Assembly: GCA_963666215.2 (NCBI GenBank)
Contig: CAXWPL010000003.1
Location: forward strand, 192,001 to 256,000
DNA from: Acidobacteriota bacterium
Lineage (GTDB): Bacteria > Acidobacteriota > UBA890 > WLXD01
DNA: 64,000 bases
Direction: 5' to 3'
The notes beneath the pieces were generated by a model. That model ran no database searches and had not been told where the DNA came from. It was given only the letters and a program-made list of their open reading frames with translations. Below are positions 53,008-64,000 of the stretch, one piece after another. Each line of letters opens with the position of its first letter. Positions within the stretch are counted from its first letter, which is position 1. The translations under genes and the position numbers were made by a program.

Positions 53008-54936
53008 ATGACAGACGGCATCAACCCAATCGACCTCGAGTCGGTCCTCGAAGACCAGGCGCAGGTTGCTCCTGGGGACGATTTCGTTGCCGGAGCGGTG
53101 CTGCCCGATCCGCAACGGATGCGCGACGAGGCCGCAGCCGACCCTGAGGCCTTCTGGGCTCGGATCGCCGGCGAGCTCGACTGGTTCGAGCCGTGGACCG
53201 AAGTGCTCGACTGGCAACCACCGCACGCCTTCTGGTTCGCGGGCGGCCGCTGCAACATCGCCCACAACGCTCTCGATCGCCATCTCGACACCTGGCGCAG
53301 GCACAAGGTCGCCGTCATTTGGGAGGGCGAGAATGGCGATCGGCAGCTGTTCACCTACGCAGAGCTGGCCCGCGAGGTCAATCGTCTCGCCAACGCGCTG
53401 CGCTGCCGCGGAATCGGCAAGGGCGACTGCGTCACGATCTACATGCCGATCTGCCCCCAGCAGGCCATCGCGATGCTTGCAAGCGCCAAGATCGGAGCCT
53501 TCCACAGCGTCGTCTTCGGCGGCTTCTCGGCCGACGGTTTGCGCGACCGCATCATCGATGCCGAATCGAAGGTGCTGATCACCGCCGACGGCGGCTACTA
53601 CCGCGGCGGCGTCGTGCCCCTCAAAGAGGCCGCCGACGCTGCCGTCGATCAGTGTCCGACGATCGAGCACGTTATCGTTTATGAGCGTTGCCGCATCGAT
53701 GTTCCGATGCGTGAGGGCCGCGACATCACGTGGTCGGCAGCGGTCGAGGACGCGAGCCCCGATGCCGCCACAGAGGTGATGAGCGCCAACGACCCGTTGT
53801 TCGTGCTCTACACCTCGGGCACAACGGGGCAGCCGAAAGGCATCCTGCATCACCATGGCGGGTACATGGTGGGCACCTACATCACCAGCAAGTGGGTCTT
53901 CGACCTGCGCGACACTGATCTGTACTGGTGCACCGCGGACGCCGGCTGGGTAACCGGGCATTCCTACATTGTCTACGGCCCACTGATCAACGGCGCCACG
54001 ATCTTCATGACGGAAGGCGCGCCCGATCACCCCGATCCAGGCCGTTGGTGGCGCCTCGTCGAGCGTTACGGGATCAACATCCTCTACACCGCTCCCACCG
54101 CCGTACGGATGTTCATGCGGCTCGGCGAGGAGTGGCCCGGCAAGTACGACCTCTCCAGCCTACGGCTGCTCGGCAGCGTGGGCGAACCCATCAACCCAGA
54201 GGCCTGGCGCTGGTACCACCGTGTGATCGGCGGTGGAAACTGCCCGATCGTCGACACCTGGTGGCAAACCGAGACCGGCTCGATTCTCATCACCGCACTG
54301 CCGGCCGAACCCCAGAAGCCCGGCTCAGCCGGCCTCCCCTTCCCTGGCATCGACGTCGACGTCGTCGACAAGGAAGGCAACCCGCGAGGCCCCGGCCAGG
54401 GAGGCTACCTGGTCGTCCGCAAGCCGTGGCCCTCGATGCTGCACACGGTCTACAAGAACCCCGAACGTTTCCGAGAAACCTACTGGGAAATCGTCCCGGG
54501 CATGTACGCCGCCGGCGACGCCGCCGTACGAGACGCCGATGGTTACATCCGAATCCTCGGCCGCATGGACGACGTTCTCAACGTCGCCGGCCACCGGCTC
54601 GGCACCATGGAAATTGAGAGTGCGCTGGTCGCCCACGCCGCTGTCGCCGAGGCGGCCGTCATCGGCATGCCCGACGAGATCAAGTTCGAGGTCCCGAAGG
54701 CCTTCGTTATTGTCCAGCAGGGAATCGAAGGCTCCGACGAGCTCGCCGACGAGCTTCGCGCACACGTAGCCCAGCAGATCGGCAAGCTCGCCCGTCCCCA
54801 GGAGATCGTCTTTGTTCCAACGCTTCCGAAAACGCGGAGCGGCAAGATCATGCGGCGGTTGTTGAAGGCGCAGGAGCGTGGGGAGTCGCTTGGGGATACG
54901 TCGACGTTGGAGCCCAGTAGCGTTCCGACGGAGTAG
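53008..54936 (+). CDS. acs: Acetyl-CoA synthetase
   Basis: [39 protein letters not shown]. Confidence 0.96.
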   Translation: MTDGINPIDLESVLEDQAQVAPGDDFVAGAVLPDPQRMRDEAAADPEAFWARIAGELDWFEPWTEVLDWQPPHAFWFAGGRCNIAHNALDRHLDTWRRHKVAVIWEGENGDRQLFTYAELAREVNRLANALRCRGIGKGDCVTIYMPICPQQAIAMLASAKIGAFHSVVFGGFSADGLRDRIIDAESKVLITADGGYYRGGVVPLKEAADAAVDQCPTIEHVIVYERCRIDVPMREGRDITWSAAVEDASPDAATEVMSANDPLFVLYTSGTTGQPKGILHHHGGYMVGTYITSKWVFDLRDTDLYWCTADAGWVTGHSYIVYGPLINGATIFMTEGAPDHPDPGRWWRLVERYGINILYTAPTAVRMFMRLGEEWPGKYDLSSLRLLGSVGEPINPEAWRWYHRVIGGGNCPIVDTWWQTETGSILITALPAEPQKPGSAGLPFPGIDVDVVDKEGNPRGPGQGGYLVVRKPWPSMLHTVYKNPERFRETYWEIVPGMYAAGDAAVRDADGYIRILGRMDDVLNVAGHRLGTMEIESALVAHAAVAEAAVIGMPDEIKFEVPKAFVIVQQGIEGSDELADELRAHVAQQIGKLARPQEIVFVPTLPKTRSGKIMRRLLKAQERGESLGDTSTLEPSSVPTE

Positions 54937-55053
54937 GGGTGTCGGAGGTGGAGTCTGCTGGTACTGAGGGTGCGAGCACTCGGGCGCGGGGGCGACGCCC
55001 GCTCACCCCTCCGTCGATCTTCGAAACACACAGCACCCACTCGCCGCAGGCTC
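54937..55053. repeat. Palindromic intergenic element related to the one at 192-380
   Basis: Nested pairs 54951-54958/55046-55053, 54968-54973/55033-55038, 54981-54986/54996-55001. Confidence 0.45.
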
Positions 55054-55057
55054 AACC

Positions 55058-55103
55058 AAAAAAAAGCCGTCGCCCGGCCCTTCTGCGGACCCGACAACGG
55101 CTT
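55058..55103 (-). terminator. Rho-independent terminator downstream of tRNA-Ala
   Basis: Minus strand AAGCCGTTGTC...GGCGACGGCTT stem running into an 8-U tract. Confidence 0.8.
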
Positions 55104-55105
55104 AG

Positions 55106-55178
55106 TGGACCGTGGGGGGCTCGAACCCCCGACCTCCGGCATGCGAGGCCGGCGCTCTCCCAACTGAGCTAACGGCCC
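55106..55178 (-). tRNA. tRNA-Ala (anticodon CGC)
   Basis: GGGCCGT acceptor with G3:U70, D arm TAGCTCAGTTGGGAGAGC, anticodon loop CT-CGC-AT, T arm GGTTCGAGCC. CCA not encoded (followed by CTA). Confidence 0.95.
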
Positions 55179-55223
55179 GGATCCCGCTCGCGCATCGCCT
55201 CGAGCGGACCTAACAGTTTACCC

Positions 55224-55766
55224 CTATTCTTCGCCGCCCTTGCCGTCTTCGGCGTCGGAGTTATCATCCGCGCCGGCTGCCTCGTCGGCCTCGTCGTCGG
55301 CCGCAGCGGAGTCGTCTGCCGTCGGCTCAGCTTCAGGGGCCGGGGCCGCCGCAGCCGCCGCAGGACGCGAGCCGCCGCGCTTCTTGCGCTTTTTCTTCGA
55401 CGGCTTCATCTCCGCTTCGACGAGCTCGATAATGGCCATCTCAGCGGCGTCGCCCGAACGGCTCCCGAGCTTGTAGGTACGGGTGTAGCCACCCGGCCGT
55501 TCCGCATACCGTGGAGCAACGTCATCGAACAACTTGCGAACCACGTCGCCATCGCGGATCACGCGCGCTGCGTGGCGTCGGGCATGGAGTGTTTCGCGCT
55601 TGCCAAGCGTGATCATGCGCTCCGCGAGCGAGCGTACCGCTCGCGCCTTGGGTGCAGTCGTCGTGATGCGCTCGTGCCGCAGCAGGTCAGTGACCATGTT
55701 ACGGAGCATCGCTTTGCGATGCGCCGCGGTGCGGCCCAGCTTGACGACGCTTTTGCGATGTCGCAT
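55224..55766 (-). CDS. rplQ: 50S protein L17 with C-terminal extension
   Basis: [30 protein letters not shown]. Confidence 0.97.
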   Translation of the reverse strand: MRHRKSVVKLGRTAAHRKAMLRNMVTDLLRHERITTTAPKARAVRSLAERMITLGKRETLHARRHAARVIRDGDVVRKLFDDVAPRYAERPGGYTRTYKLGSRSGDAAEMAIIELVEAEMKPSKKKRKKRGGSRPAAAAAAPAPEAEPTADDSAAADDEADEAAGADDNSDAEDGKGGEE

Positions 55767-55846
55767 TGGGCTGGCCTTTCGTCTTGACCTGCTAGTCGAA
55801 GGGTCTAGGAATTCGGTCTAGAGATCTCGTGGAGAGTCGGTACGCC

Positions 55847-56830
55847 TTAGCCTGCGTCGGGCGCTGGCGGTAGATCCGAAAGATCCATGTCCAGCGTCAG
55901 GCCCATCTCGGCCATGACCTCTTTGATCTCCTGCAGCGACTTCTTGCCGAAGTTCTTCGTCTTCAGCATCTCGGCCTCGCTGCGCTGAACAAGATCTCGG
56001 ATGGTCCGGATGTCGGCGTTCTTGAGGCAGTTGTACGACCGCACCGACAGTTCCAGTTCGTCAACCGAACGGTTGATGTTGGCGTAGAAAGCGGTGAGAT
56101 CCTGATCGGGTTCTTCGTGACGCTGCTCGGGCTCCTCTTCGATGTCGACGAAGATGGCCAGATGGTCGCGCATGAGCTTCGCGGCCAGCGCCATGGCACG
56201 ATCGGGCGTCACGGTGCCGTTGGTGGCGACCTCGATCATGAGCTGCTCGTACTCGGTCGAGCGACCCAGCCTGGCGCGATCGACCTTGTAGTTGACGCGA
56301 CGGACAGGCGAATGCACGGAGTCGATCGGAATCCAGCCGATATCCATATCGGGATCCGCGTTGCGATCCGCGGCGACGTAGCCACGTCCCTGTGCAAGCC
56401 GCATCTGCATGTCGATCGACCCGCCGGCGGCGAGCGTGCAAATGTGGGTCTCCGGGGCCACGCAGCTGAAATCCGGATCCTCGAGAATGTCGCCCGCTGT
56501 GATCTGACCCGGGCCCTCGGCCTTGAGAATCAACGTCTTGGGCTTATCGACGTTGAGACGGAAAGCGATCGCCTTCAAGTTGAGGATCAAATCGGTCGTG
56601 TCTTCGACAACGCCCGGCAGCGAGCTGAACTCGTGCAGCACGCCGTCGATCTTGAGCGCGGTGATGGCCGCCCCCTCCACGGAGGAGAGCAACACACGCC
56701 GCATCGCGTGTCCGACGGTAACCGCGAAACCCCGTTCGAAGGGTTGAGCGGTGAACTTGCCATAGCGATCCGTGAGCGTCTCCAGCTCAACGTCGAGACG
56801 CTTCGGTCGCTGAAACCCGGTCCACAACAT
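55847..56830 (-). CDS. rpoA: RNA polymerase alpha subunit
   Basis: [32 protein letters not shown]. Confidence 0.98.
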   Translation of the reverse strand: MLWTGFQRPKRLDVELETLTDRYGKFTAQPFERGFAVTVGHAMRRVLLSSVEGAAITALKIDGVLHEFSSLPGVVEDTTDLILNLKAIAFRLNVDKPKTLILKAEGPGQITAGDILEDPDFSCVAPETHICTLAAGGSIDMQMRLAQGRGYVAADRNADPDMDIGWIPIDSVHSPVRRVNYKVDRARLGRSTEYEQLMIEVATNGTVTPDRAMALAAKLMRDHLAIFVDIEEEPEQRHEEPDQDLTAFYANINRSVDELELSVRSYNCLKNADIRTIRDLVQRSEAEMLKTKNFGKKSLQEIKEVMAEMGLTLDMDLSDLPPAPDAG

Positions 56831-56931
56831 TTCGGCTGACCTCCTAGCCACCCCTGTGCAACCCAAACGGCGCACGGGGAGGTCGCCCGGTCGAGAGTTT
56901 TCGTGACTTCGGTGATCGGGTGGTGAGTCGT

Positions 56932-57561
56932 CTACTTGGAGTACAGCTCAACGATGAGCTGCTCCTGGATATTCGCGTCGATGTCTTCGCGCATGGGCAG
57001 CCGCGCTACGACTCCAGAAAACTTGTCGTAGTCGACGTCCAACCAACCGACGGTCGTGCCCACACGGCCACCCTCGGCGGCGAGTTGGATGTCGCTGTTG
57101 TTGCGGATGTTCTCACGCACAGTGATCACCTCACCCTGGCGTACCTGATACGAGGGGATGTTCACCTTGGAATTGTTGATGCGGATGTGGCCGTGCTTGA
57201 CGAGCTGGCGCGCGTGCGACCTGGAGAGCGCGAAGCCCATCCTGAAGGCCACGTTGTCCAAGCGTCGCTCGAGCGAGATCAGGAGAGCCTCACCCGTGAT
57301 TCCACGCTGCTGCGCCGCGGTCGCGAAGTAGCGACGAAACTGACGTTCCAGGACACCGTACACGCGCTTGACCTTCTGTTTTTCGCGCAGCTGCGAGGAG
57401 TAGTCGGACGGACGACGTCGTCGGCGACGGCCGTGCTCGCCCGGTGGGAAATTGCGCCGCTCGATGGCGCACTTGTCGGAAGTGCAACGCGCGCCCTTGA
57501 GAAAGAGCTTCACGCCCTCCCTGCGGCACAGCTTGCAAACCGGTCCGGTGTAACGCGCCAC
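56932..57561 (-). CDS. rpsD: 30S protein S4 (Zn-binding form)
   Basis: [29 protein letters not shown]. Confidence 0.98.
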   Translation of the reverse strand: MARYTGPVCKLCRREGVKLFLKGARCTSDKCAIERRNFPPGEHGRRRRRRPSDYSSQLREKQKVKRVYGVLERQFRRYFATAAQQRGITGEALLISLERRLDNVAFRMGFALSRSHARQLVKHGHIRINNSKVNIPSYQVRQGEVITVRENIRNNSDIQLAAEGGRVGTTVGWLDVDYDKFSGVVARLPMREDIDANIQEQLIVELYSK

Positions 57562-57620
57562 TTCGGAATCCTCCTCGAACGATGTCTTGGCTACTGGGTC
57601 TACTCAGATATCCGCAGATG

Positions 57621-58007
57621 TCAAACGCGGCGCTTCTTCGGCGCGCGGCAACCGTTGTGCGGAATCGGCGTAACGTCCCGGATCGAAGTCACGGTAATGC
57701 CCGTGGACTGTAGGGCACGTATCGCCGACTCCCGTCCGGCGCCTGGACCCTTGATTCGGATCTCTACCTTCTGCATGCCATGCTCTCGCGCCTTGGTCCC
57801 CGCATCCTGCGCGGCGATTTGCGCCGCGAACGGCGTGCCCTTGCGCGAGCCCTTGAAACCCTTGCCGCCCGAGCTCGACCACGCGATCGCATTGCCGTCG
57901 CGATCCGTGATCGTCACGATAGTGTTGTTGAACGTCGCGCGGATGTGGGCCACCCCGCTCGGGATGTTCTTCTTGACTTTCTTCTTGCCAGCTTTCTTCT
58001 TGACCAT
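57621..58007 (-). CDS. rpsK: 30S protein S11
   Basis: [24 protein letters not shown]. Confidence 0.98.
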   Translation of the reverse strand: MVKKKAGKKKVKKNIPSGVAHIRATFNNTIVTITDRDGNAIAWSSSGGKGFKGSRKGTPFAAQIAAQDAGTKAREHGMQKVEIRIKGPGAGRESAIRALQSTGITVTSIRDVTPIPHNGCRAPKKRRV

Positions 58008-58123
58008 CTGACTTCCTGGCTGAGTTCCTGGCTAAGTGCGTGGCAGCTCTTCTAGCTATTGCACCTGCTCAGGCGCTCTGTACCCACGGCGCCACGACAC
58101 GGAAGCTACCGCTGTCGACGAGC

Positions 58124-58501
58124 CTAGCGACCGATCTTCTTCTTCTTGATAGCCATGCCGCGCGGCCCCTTGCAGGTGCGGGCGTTCGTTTTCGTGCGCT
58201 GTCCGCGTAGCGGCAGGTTGCGCCGATGTCGCATCCCACGATACGAGCCGATCTCGATCAGGCGCTTGATGTTCATCTGCACCTGCTTGCGGAGATCGCC
58301 CTCCACTCCACCCTGGCGGTCGATCACCTGGCGGATACGGCTCACCTCTTGCTCGGTCAGATCGCGTACGCGAGTACCGTCGTCGACCTTGGCCGTTGCC
58401 AAGATCGAACGCGACCGAGTACGGCCGATGCCGTAGATCCCGGTCAACGCGATGTCAATCCGCTTTTCAAGACGCAGATCTACGCCAGTGATGCGCGCCA
58501 T
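58124..58501 (-). CDS. rpsM: 30S protein S13
   Basis: [23 protein letters not shown]. Confidence 0.98.
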   Translation of the reverse strand: MARITGVDLRLEKRIDIALTGIYGIGRTRSRSILATAKVDDGTRVRDLTEQEVSRIRQVIDRQGGVEGDLRKQVQMNIKRLIEIGSYRGMRHRRNLPLRGQRTKTNARTCKGPRGMAIKKKKIGR

Positions 58502-58651
58502 TCAGAAACTCCTACTCGGAAACCGGAATCGTGCGAAATTGTTGCTTGCCGCGACCGTCGGGGCTCTCTTGCTCTCTGAAGTCGCTCAAAGTGCGAGCCA
58601 GGACGAGAGGAGGGCAATAGACCCGCTAGGAAGACCTCGAGAACTCTACCG

Positions 58652-58765
58652 CTACCCCTGCCGTTGCTTGTGCTTCGGGTTCTCGCAGATCACGAAGACT
58701 TTGCCTGACCGGCGAATCACTTTGCACTTGTCGCACATGCGACGGACGGACGCACGAACTTTCAC
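58652..58765 (-). CDS. rpmJ: 50S protein L36 (Zn-ribbon form)
   Basis: Manual translation from GTG: [37 protein letters not shown]. Below the ORF-track size cutoff. Confidence 0.96.
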   Translation of the reverse strand: MKVRASVRRMCDKCKVIRRSGKVFVICENPKHKQRQG

Positions 58766-58848
58766 GATGCTTCACCTAATGGTATTCGCGGCGGACCACG
58801 GATTGTACCAGGAATCCAGCGCAGCGACAGTCGCCTAACCGCTGGTTT

Positions 58849-59067
58849 TTACTTGTATCGATAAACAATTCGGCCACGGTCAAGATCGTACGGCGACAGC
58901 TCAACCAGCACCTCGTCTCCCGGCAAGATGCGGATGAAGTACTTCCTCATCTTGCCCGAGATGTGCGCTAGCACCTTGTGCCCGTTCTCGAGCTCGGCCC
59001 GGAACATCGCGTTGGGTAGCGTCTCAACGACCTTGGCCCGAACCTGCAGAGCCTGTTCTTTCTCCAT
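58849..59067 (-). CDS. infA: Translation initiation factor IF-1
   Basis: LPNAMF, HISGKMR, IRILPGD, SPYDL. Confidence 0.98.
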   Translation of the reverse strand: MEKEQALQVRAKVVETLPNAMFRAELENGHKVLAHISGKMRKYFIRILPGDEVLVELSPYDLDRGRIVYRYK

Positions 59068-59071
59068 CTAT

Positions 59072-59866
59072 TCAGCTGCCTCCCCCGGCCGCGCGAACGG
59101 CTGCGGATGCCGCGATCTCCCTCGCGCTGAGCACCCAGGGGCCACTCGCGGTGATCGCAACGCTGTGCTCGAAGTGGGCCGACGGTCGGCGGTCGGCGGT
59201 AACGGCCGTCCAGCCGTCGCTCAGCACCTCGACCTCTGGCCGACCCAAGTTAACCATCGGCTCGATAGCCAAAACCATGCCTTCGTGAAGCCGCGGACCC
59301 ACACCGGCGGCGCCGTAGTTGGCAATCTGCGGATCCTCGTGAAGCGCCGCCCCGATGCCATGGCCGACGAAATCACGCACCACCGAAAACCCGCGCGGTT
59401 CCACATGCGCTTGCACTGCGTGCGAGATGTGGCCAATCCGGTTGCCGATCACACACTGATCGATCGCGCGGTAAAGGGATTGTTCCGTGGCCTCGAGTAA
59501 CCGGGCCACTTCGGGCTCGATGGGAGGCACGGGCCAGGTTACGGCCGAGTCGCCGTAGAACCCCTCGAGCAGAACACCGAGGTCAATGCTGACCACGTCG
59601 CCGGGAGCCAACCGCCGGTCGCTCGACGGAAGCCCGTGGACAACCTCTTCGTTGAGCGATACGCAGAGCGTCGCCGGATATCCGCGGTAGCCCTTGAAAG
59701 CCGGCAGCGCGTGCATCTCACGCACCCGAGCTTCGGCGTAGGCGTCGAGCTCAGCGGTCGTTACGCCCGGACGCACACGCTCGGCGAGCTCCGTGTGAAC
59801 TGTGGCCACCACCTGGTTGGCGGCGTGCATGATGTCGATCTCGGCCGGCGACTTGCACACGATCAT
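59072..59866 (-). CDS. map: Methionine aminopeptidase
   Basis: NEEVVHG, GDSA, GHGIG, IEPM, HFEH. Confidence 0.97.
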   Translation of the reverse strand: MIVCKSPAEIDIMHAANQVVATVHTELAERVRPGVTTAELDAYAEARVREMHALPAFKGYRGYPATLCVSLNEEVVHGLPSSDRRLAPGDVVSIDLGVLLEGFYGDSAVTWPVPPIEPEVARLLEATEQSLYRAIDQCVIGNRIGHISHAVQAHVEPRGFSVVRDFVGHGIGAALHEDPQIANYGAAGVGPRLHEGMVLAIEPMVNLGRPEVEVLSDGWTAVTADRRPSAHFEHSVAITASGPWVLSAREIAASAAVRAAGGGS

Positions 59867-60447
59867 GCGCGCACGGCCTCCGCCAGAACCGCGTCGAGCC
59901 GAGCGTAAACGCTGTCGATCGATCCTGTGCCCTCGACCTCGCGCAGAATCTCTCGCTCACGGTAGTACTCGATCAGCGGCGCCGTTTGGCGGTGATAGAC
60001 CGCCAGGCGCTCGCGAGCCACTTCCGCGTCGTCGTCTGCACGATCGGAACCCACAACTTGGCTGCGATGGCTGATCCTCGACATCAGCTCATCCTCCGGG
60101 ACGTCGAGATAGAGCACCAGGTCGACGCCGCTATCGCCGATACGTGCGGCGAGCTCCTCAAACCTGTGGGCCTGGGGTAGCGTCCGCGGGTAGCCATCCA
60201 TGATCGCACCGGGAGCGCTGTCGGACTGCGCCAACCGGTCCTCGACCACCTCGGCCATCGTGCCGTCGTCCACCAACGCTCCAGATCTCATGATCTCGTC
60301 CACTCGCTTCCCCAGCGGCGTGCCAGCGGTGACCGCTGCACGCAGCATGTCCCCCGTCGAGATCTTCGGCAACCCGTACTTGGCCGCCAGGCGGGCCGCC
60401 TGCGTACCCTTGCCGGCTCCCGGCGCTCCCAAGAATACGATCAGCAT
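59863..60447 (-). CDS. adk: Adenylate kinase (short LID)
   Basis: GAPGAGKGTQA, STGDMLR, DGYPR, RADD. Confidence 0.96.
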   Translation of the reverse strand: MLIVFLGAPGAGKGTQAARLAAKYGLPKISTGDMLRAAVTAGTPLGKRVDEIMRSGALVDDGTMAEVVEDRLAQSDSAPGAIMDGYPRTLPQAHRFEELAARIGDSGVDLVLYLDVPEDELMSRISHRSQVVGSDRADDDAEVARERLAVYHRQTAPLIEYYREREILREVEGTGSIDSVYARLDAVLAEAVRA

Positions 60448-60469
60448 CCCGCGGTTCCGAAGCGCTTCT

Positions 60470-61855
60470 TCACACGAACCGACGTGACTTGGCGCGACCG
60501 CCCTTGATGAAGCCCTCATAGTGGCGCATCACGAGCTGACTCTCGATCTGCCGCACCGTGTCCATCGCCACGCCAACCAAAATCAGCAGGGACGTGCCGC
60601 CGAAGAAGAACGTCACCCCGAGGCCTTCCGTTACCCAGAGGGGCAACCATGTATCGATGACGGGGCCAACAATTGGAATCGGCTCCACCTTGAAGCCCGA
60701 AATCAAGAACTGCGGCAGGATTGCCACCGACGCCAGATACACCGAGCCCACCAGGGTCAGGCGCGTCAGGACGTCGTCGATGTACGTCGCCGTGCGATGG
60801 CCCGGCCGGATGCCCGGTATGAAGCCGCCGTACTTGCGCATGTTGTCGGCCACATCTTGCGGGTTGAAGATGATCGCGGTGTAGAAGTAGCAGAAGAAGA
60901 TGATTCCGCCGATGTAGATCAGGTTGTACAGCGGCATCCCCATCCCCAGCTGCGCGCTAACCGCGTCTGCCCACGGATGGTCGATGAACTGCGTGATCGT
61001 CTGCGGAAACATGATGATCGACGACGCGAAGATCACCGGAATGACGCCGCCGGTGTTGATTCGGATCGGCAGGTGAGTGCTCTGACCGCCATAGAGCTTG
61101 CGCCCCACAACGCGCTTGGCGTACTGCACCGGTATTCGCCGTTGCGCACTCTCCATCAACACCACGAAGGCCGTCACCGCCACCATCACGATGACGAGCA
61201 CCGCGAGGGTGAGGATGTTCATGCTGCCCGCCGCGAGCTGCTGATACGTCTGGATCAGCGCGATCGGCAGATTCACCGCGATGCCGCCGAAGATGATCAG
61301 TGAGATACCGTTGCCGATTCCTCGCTCGGTGATCTGCTCGCCCAACCACATCAGGAACGCGGTCCCGGTCGTGAGCGTGAGAATCGTCATCAAGCGAAAG
61401 CCCCAGCCGGGCGAGTCGACGAACGGGATTCCAGACGGACTGCTGTTGCTCTCGAGAAAGATGCTGATCGCCGTGCCCTGGATCATCGATAGCAGAATCG
61501 TGCCGTAGCGCGTGTAGGTGGTGATCTTCTTGCGCCCGAGGTCGCCCTCCTTCTGTAGGCGCTCGAGATAGGGCACCACGACGGTGAGCAGCTGCAGAAT
61601 GATCGACGACGAGATGTACGGCATGATGCCGAGCGCGAAGATCGTCATCTGCGAGAGCGCGCCCCCGGAGAACAGATTGACGAACCCGAAGAACGTCCCC
61701 TGCAGCGATTCGAACAGCTCGAGCACTGCCGAGCTGTTGACGCCCGGCGTCGGGATATTGGCCCCCACGCGGAAAACCGAGAGCAACCCGAACGTGTACA
61801 AAATGCGATTGCGCAGCTCCGGAATGGCGAACATGTTCCGGAGGCCGTCAATCAT
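60470..61855 (-). CDS. secY: Preprotein translocase SecY
   Basis: [34 protein letters not shown]. Confidence 0.98.
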   Translation of the reverse strand: MIDGLRNMFAIPELRNRILYTFGLLSVFRVGANIPTPGVNSSAVLELFESLQGTFFGFVNLFSGGALSQMTIFALGIMPYISSSIILQLLTVVVPYLERLQKEGDLGRKKITTYTRYGTILLSMIQGTAISIFLESNSSPSGIPFVDSPGWGFRLMTILTLTTGTAFLMWLGEQITERGIGNGISLIIFGGIAVNLPIALIQTYQQLAAGSMNILTLAVLVIVMVAVTAFVVLMESAQRRIPVQYAKRVVGRKLYGGQSTHLPIRINTGGVIPVIFASSIIMFPQTITQFIDHPWADAVSAQLGMGMPLYNLIYIGGIIFFCYFYTAIIFNPQDVADNMRKYGGFIPGIRPGHRTATYIDDVLTRLTLVGSVYLASVAILPQFLISGFKVEPIPIVGPVIDTWLPLWVTEGLGVTFFFGGTSLLILVGVAMDTVRQIESQLVMRHYEGFIKGGRAKSRRFV

Positions 61856-62295
61856 TGAACGACCTCAGCAACCCCACCCGACGCCTCGATCTTGCTGACT
61901 GCGGAGCTCGTGAAGCGGTGCACTTTGATCGTCAGCGCGACACCGAGCTCTCCGCGGCCCATCACCACAATCTTGTCGAAGCCGCCCTTGATGATGCCGG
62001 CCTCGCGGAGCGCGTCGGCGTCGACCACACTGCCTGCCTTGAAGGCGGCCAAACGGTCAAGGTTGACCTCGGCCCACTCGAGCCGGAACGGATTCTTGAA
62101 GCCACGCTTGGGGATGCGGCGAACGAGCGGCATCTGACCGCCCTCGAAGCCGACCTTGCGGCTGTAGCCTGAGCGGGACTTGGCACCGTTCTCGCCTCGG
62201 CCGCTGGTCTTGCCATGGCCGGAGGCGCGACCGCGCCCTACCCGCTTGCGACTGCGTCGGCTTCCCTCTTTGGGCCGTGCGTCGTGAACCTTCAC
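61852..62295 (-). CDS. rplO: 50S protein L15
   Basis: [14 protein letters not shown]. Confidence 0.97.
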   Translation of the reverse strand: MKVHDARPKEGSRRSRKRVGRGRASGHGKTSGRGENGAKSRSGYSRKVGFEGGQMPLVRRIPKRGFKNPFRLEWAEVNLDRLAAFKAGSVVDADALREAGIIKGGFDKIVVMGRGELGVALTIKVHRFTSSAVSKIEASGGVAEVVQ

Positions 62296-62299
62296 CTGA

Positions 62300-62488
62300 C
62301 TAACCCTCCGAGACCTTCACGAGATGTGCAACAACGTTGATGGCGCCCCGGGTTCTCGGGTTGTCATCGCGCTCGACTTGATGCCCGATGCGCCGCAGCC
62401 CGAGTCCGAGCAGGGCTTCACGCTGTTTGCGCGGCCGCCCGATGGTGCTCCGCACCTGTTGGATTGTCAGTTTCTTGGTCTTTGCCAC
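62300..62488 (-). CDS. rpmD: 50S protein L30
   Basis: QVRSTIG, LGLRRI. Position between rpsE and rplO. Confidence 0.94.
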   Translation of the reverse strand: MAKTKKLTIQQVRSTIGRPRKQREALLGLGLRRIGHQVERDDNPRTRGAINVVAHLVKVSEG

Positions 62489-62537
62489 TGTCGTGTTTCC
62501 TAGCTACGCGACTCAGTACGGTTGCGCGCGATTACGC

Positions 62538-63080
62538 CTACCGCCAGGTCCGAGAGGCCGCCGTCAGGTGCTCCAGCGGCACACCGCGAACGCGCGCCAC
62601 GCGCACCGGATCCTTGAGCTGCAACAAAGCGTCGAATGTTGCCTTGAGCATGTTGTGCGGGTTGCGTGAGCCGATGCACTTGGTGAGCACGTCGTGGATG
62701 CCCGCAAGCTCGACAACAGCACGCACGGCCGCGCCGGCGATGACACCGGTACCCGGCGAAGCTGGCTTCAAAAGCACCCTACCTGCGCCGTAACGCCCCA
62801 TCGCTTCGTGAGGAATCGTGCCACCCACCAGCGGCACACGTATCAGCCCCTTTTGCGCCTCCTGATGCCCCTTGCGGATGGCCAGCTGCACTTCACGCGC
62901 CTTGCCCAGCCCATAACCAACGTGGCCGTGGCGATCGCCGACGACAACGATAGCGTTGAAGCTGAGGTTCTTGCCGCCCTTGACAACTTTGGTCACGCGA
63001 TTGATCACCACCACGGTGTCCTGGAGCTCGTGCTCCAGGCTTCCCGCGTCGACGCGCTCGATACGCTGATCGAAGCCCAT
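62538..63080 (-). CDS. rpsE: 30S protein S5
   Basis: [22 protein letters not shown]. Confidence 0.97.
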   Translation of the reverse strand: MGFDQRIERVDAGSLEHELQDTVVVINRVTKVVKGGKNLSFNAIVVVGDRHGHVGYGLGKAREVQLAIRKGHQEAQKGLIRVPLVGGTIPHEAMGRYGAGRVLLKPASPGTGVIAGAAVRAVVELAGIHDVLTKCIGSRNPHNMLKATFDALLQLKDPVRVARVRGVPLEHLTAASRTWR

Positions 63081-63102
63081 TCCGTTTAGTCCCTGTAGAG
63101 AA

Positions 63103-63480
63103 TCAGAACGACAACCCCGCCTCGCGGGCTGCGTCTGCCACCGCGCGAACGCGGCCGTGATAAGCGTAGCCACCGCGGTCAAAGACTACGGCAAGAAGGC
63201 CGGCCGCCTTGGCGCGCTCAGCCAACAGCTTGCCTGCCGCGCTGGCCGCGGCCACGGTTGTGCCGCGGGCGAAACCAAGATCCCGGAAAGCCGTTTCCTG
63301 TGTCGACACTGAAGCCAACGTGCGGCCGGACTCGTCGTCGACGAGCTGCAGACACAAGTGCTGGCTCGAGCGGAAAACGGACAACCGGGGTCGGTCCGCG
63401 CGTCCTGCCAACTTGCGTCGCACGCGGCGGCGAACCGCCTGTCGTCGCTCTTCCTTCTTCTTTCGTCGATTGACCTTCAT
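63103..63480 (-). CDS. rplR: 50S protein L18
   Basis: [20 protein letters not shown]. Confidence 0.97.
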   Translation of the reverse strand: MKVNRRKKKEERRQAVRRRVRRKLAGRADRPRLSVFRSSQHLCLQLVDDESGRTLASVSTQETAFRDLGFARGTTVAAASAAGKLLAERAKAAGLLAVVFDRGGYAYHGRVRAVADAAREAGLSF

Positions 63481-63545
63481 GTTGCCCTATCCAGTTTCGG
63501 TTCGTGAGGCGTCGTCGGCTGGCCAACGGCCAGAGCGGATCCGCG

Positions 63546-64000
63546 TTAAGTAGCAGCGGCCGCCTTGCCCACCTTGGTGCGCACCAGCTCGCCGGAGTAT
63601 CGAATGCCCTTGCCCTTGTAGGCGTCCGGCGGGCGAAAGCGCCGAATGCGCGCGGCAATCTCTCCAACCCACTGCTTGTCTATGCCCTCGACGCGGATCT
63701 TCGTGGGCTCTGGAGCGTCAATCGAAACTCCCTCGGGGACGGCGAATTCCACCGCGTGCGAGAAGCCGAGCTGCATGGTCAGCGTCTTGCCGGTCGTGGC
63801 GGCGCGATAGCCGATCCCATGAATCTCCAGGTCGATGACAAACCCTTCGGATACTCCATGAACGGCGTTCGCAGCGAGCGAACGCGCCAAGCCATGGAAC
63901 GCGCGCGTCTGCTTGCTCTCGTCGGCGCGCTTGGCAACCAGGCTCGTGTCTTCCTGCTCGAAGCTGATCCCTGGCGGAACCGCAGAGGACATCTCGCCCT
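63546..64000 (-). CDS. rplF: 50S protein L6 (5' end outside window)
   Basis: GIGYRA, LGFSH, GIDKQ, YKGKGIRY. Confidence 0.97.
   Translation of the reverse strand, partial: GEMSSAVPPGISFEQEDTSLVAKRADESKQTRAFHGLARSLAANAVHGVSEGFVIDLEIHGIGYRAATTGKTLTMQLGFSHAVEFAVPEGVSIDAPEPTKIRVEGIDKQWVGEIAARIRRFRPPDAYKGKGIRYSGELVRTKVGKAAAAT

Noticed and set aside
55050-55178. tRNA-Ala as an occupied integration site
   Set aside because: Followed directly by its terminator and acs; no duplicated tRNA 3' end or integrase seen in the window

Overview
GC-rich bacterial core-genome segment. The GWxTD-family gene, tandem DUF507 genes, giant LptC/LptA-like gene and hprK-EIIA-HPr-ptsI block suggest Acidobacteriota (inference from gene content). 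Content in order: 3' end of aroC, uvrA, an LMW phosphatase, a DnaD-like ORF, a frameshifted comEC, tdk, an aberrant tatC, mazG and a DUF1844-like gene. Next come two convergent heat-shock operons: HAIR-dnaK-dnaJ-hspR-dnaC-like, and CIRCE-hrcA-grpE-dnaJ-rsmE. These are followed by PBP1A, prfB (programmed +1 frameshift), lnt, SPOR, SPFH/NfeD, a Tat-exported asparaginase, and an lptB-rpoN-hpf-hprK-PTS operon. An oppositely oriented MshEN / HEAT-repeat / HD-GYP cassette splits the lpt locus. The rest is envelope proteins, acs, tRNA-Ala(CGC) and the distal spc/alpha ribosomal operons. No CRISPR array, IS or prophage was seen. Leading novelty candidates: (1) the three-gene cyclic-dinucleotide-type cassette whose HEAT and HD-GYP partners share an unannotated N-terminal domain; (2) a TatC paralog with both twin-arginine-binding glutamates reversed to Arg; (3) a DnaD-like plus DnaC/DnaI-like helicase-loading pair; (4) a comEC break at CTT-TGA-C, the same heptamer as the prfB shift site. 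All alignments were done by eye, and no database search was run.
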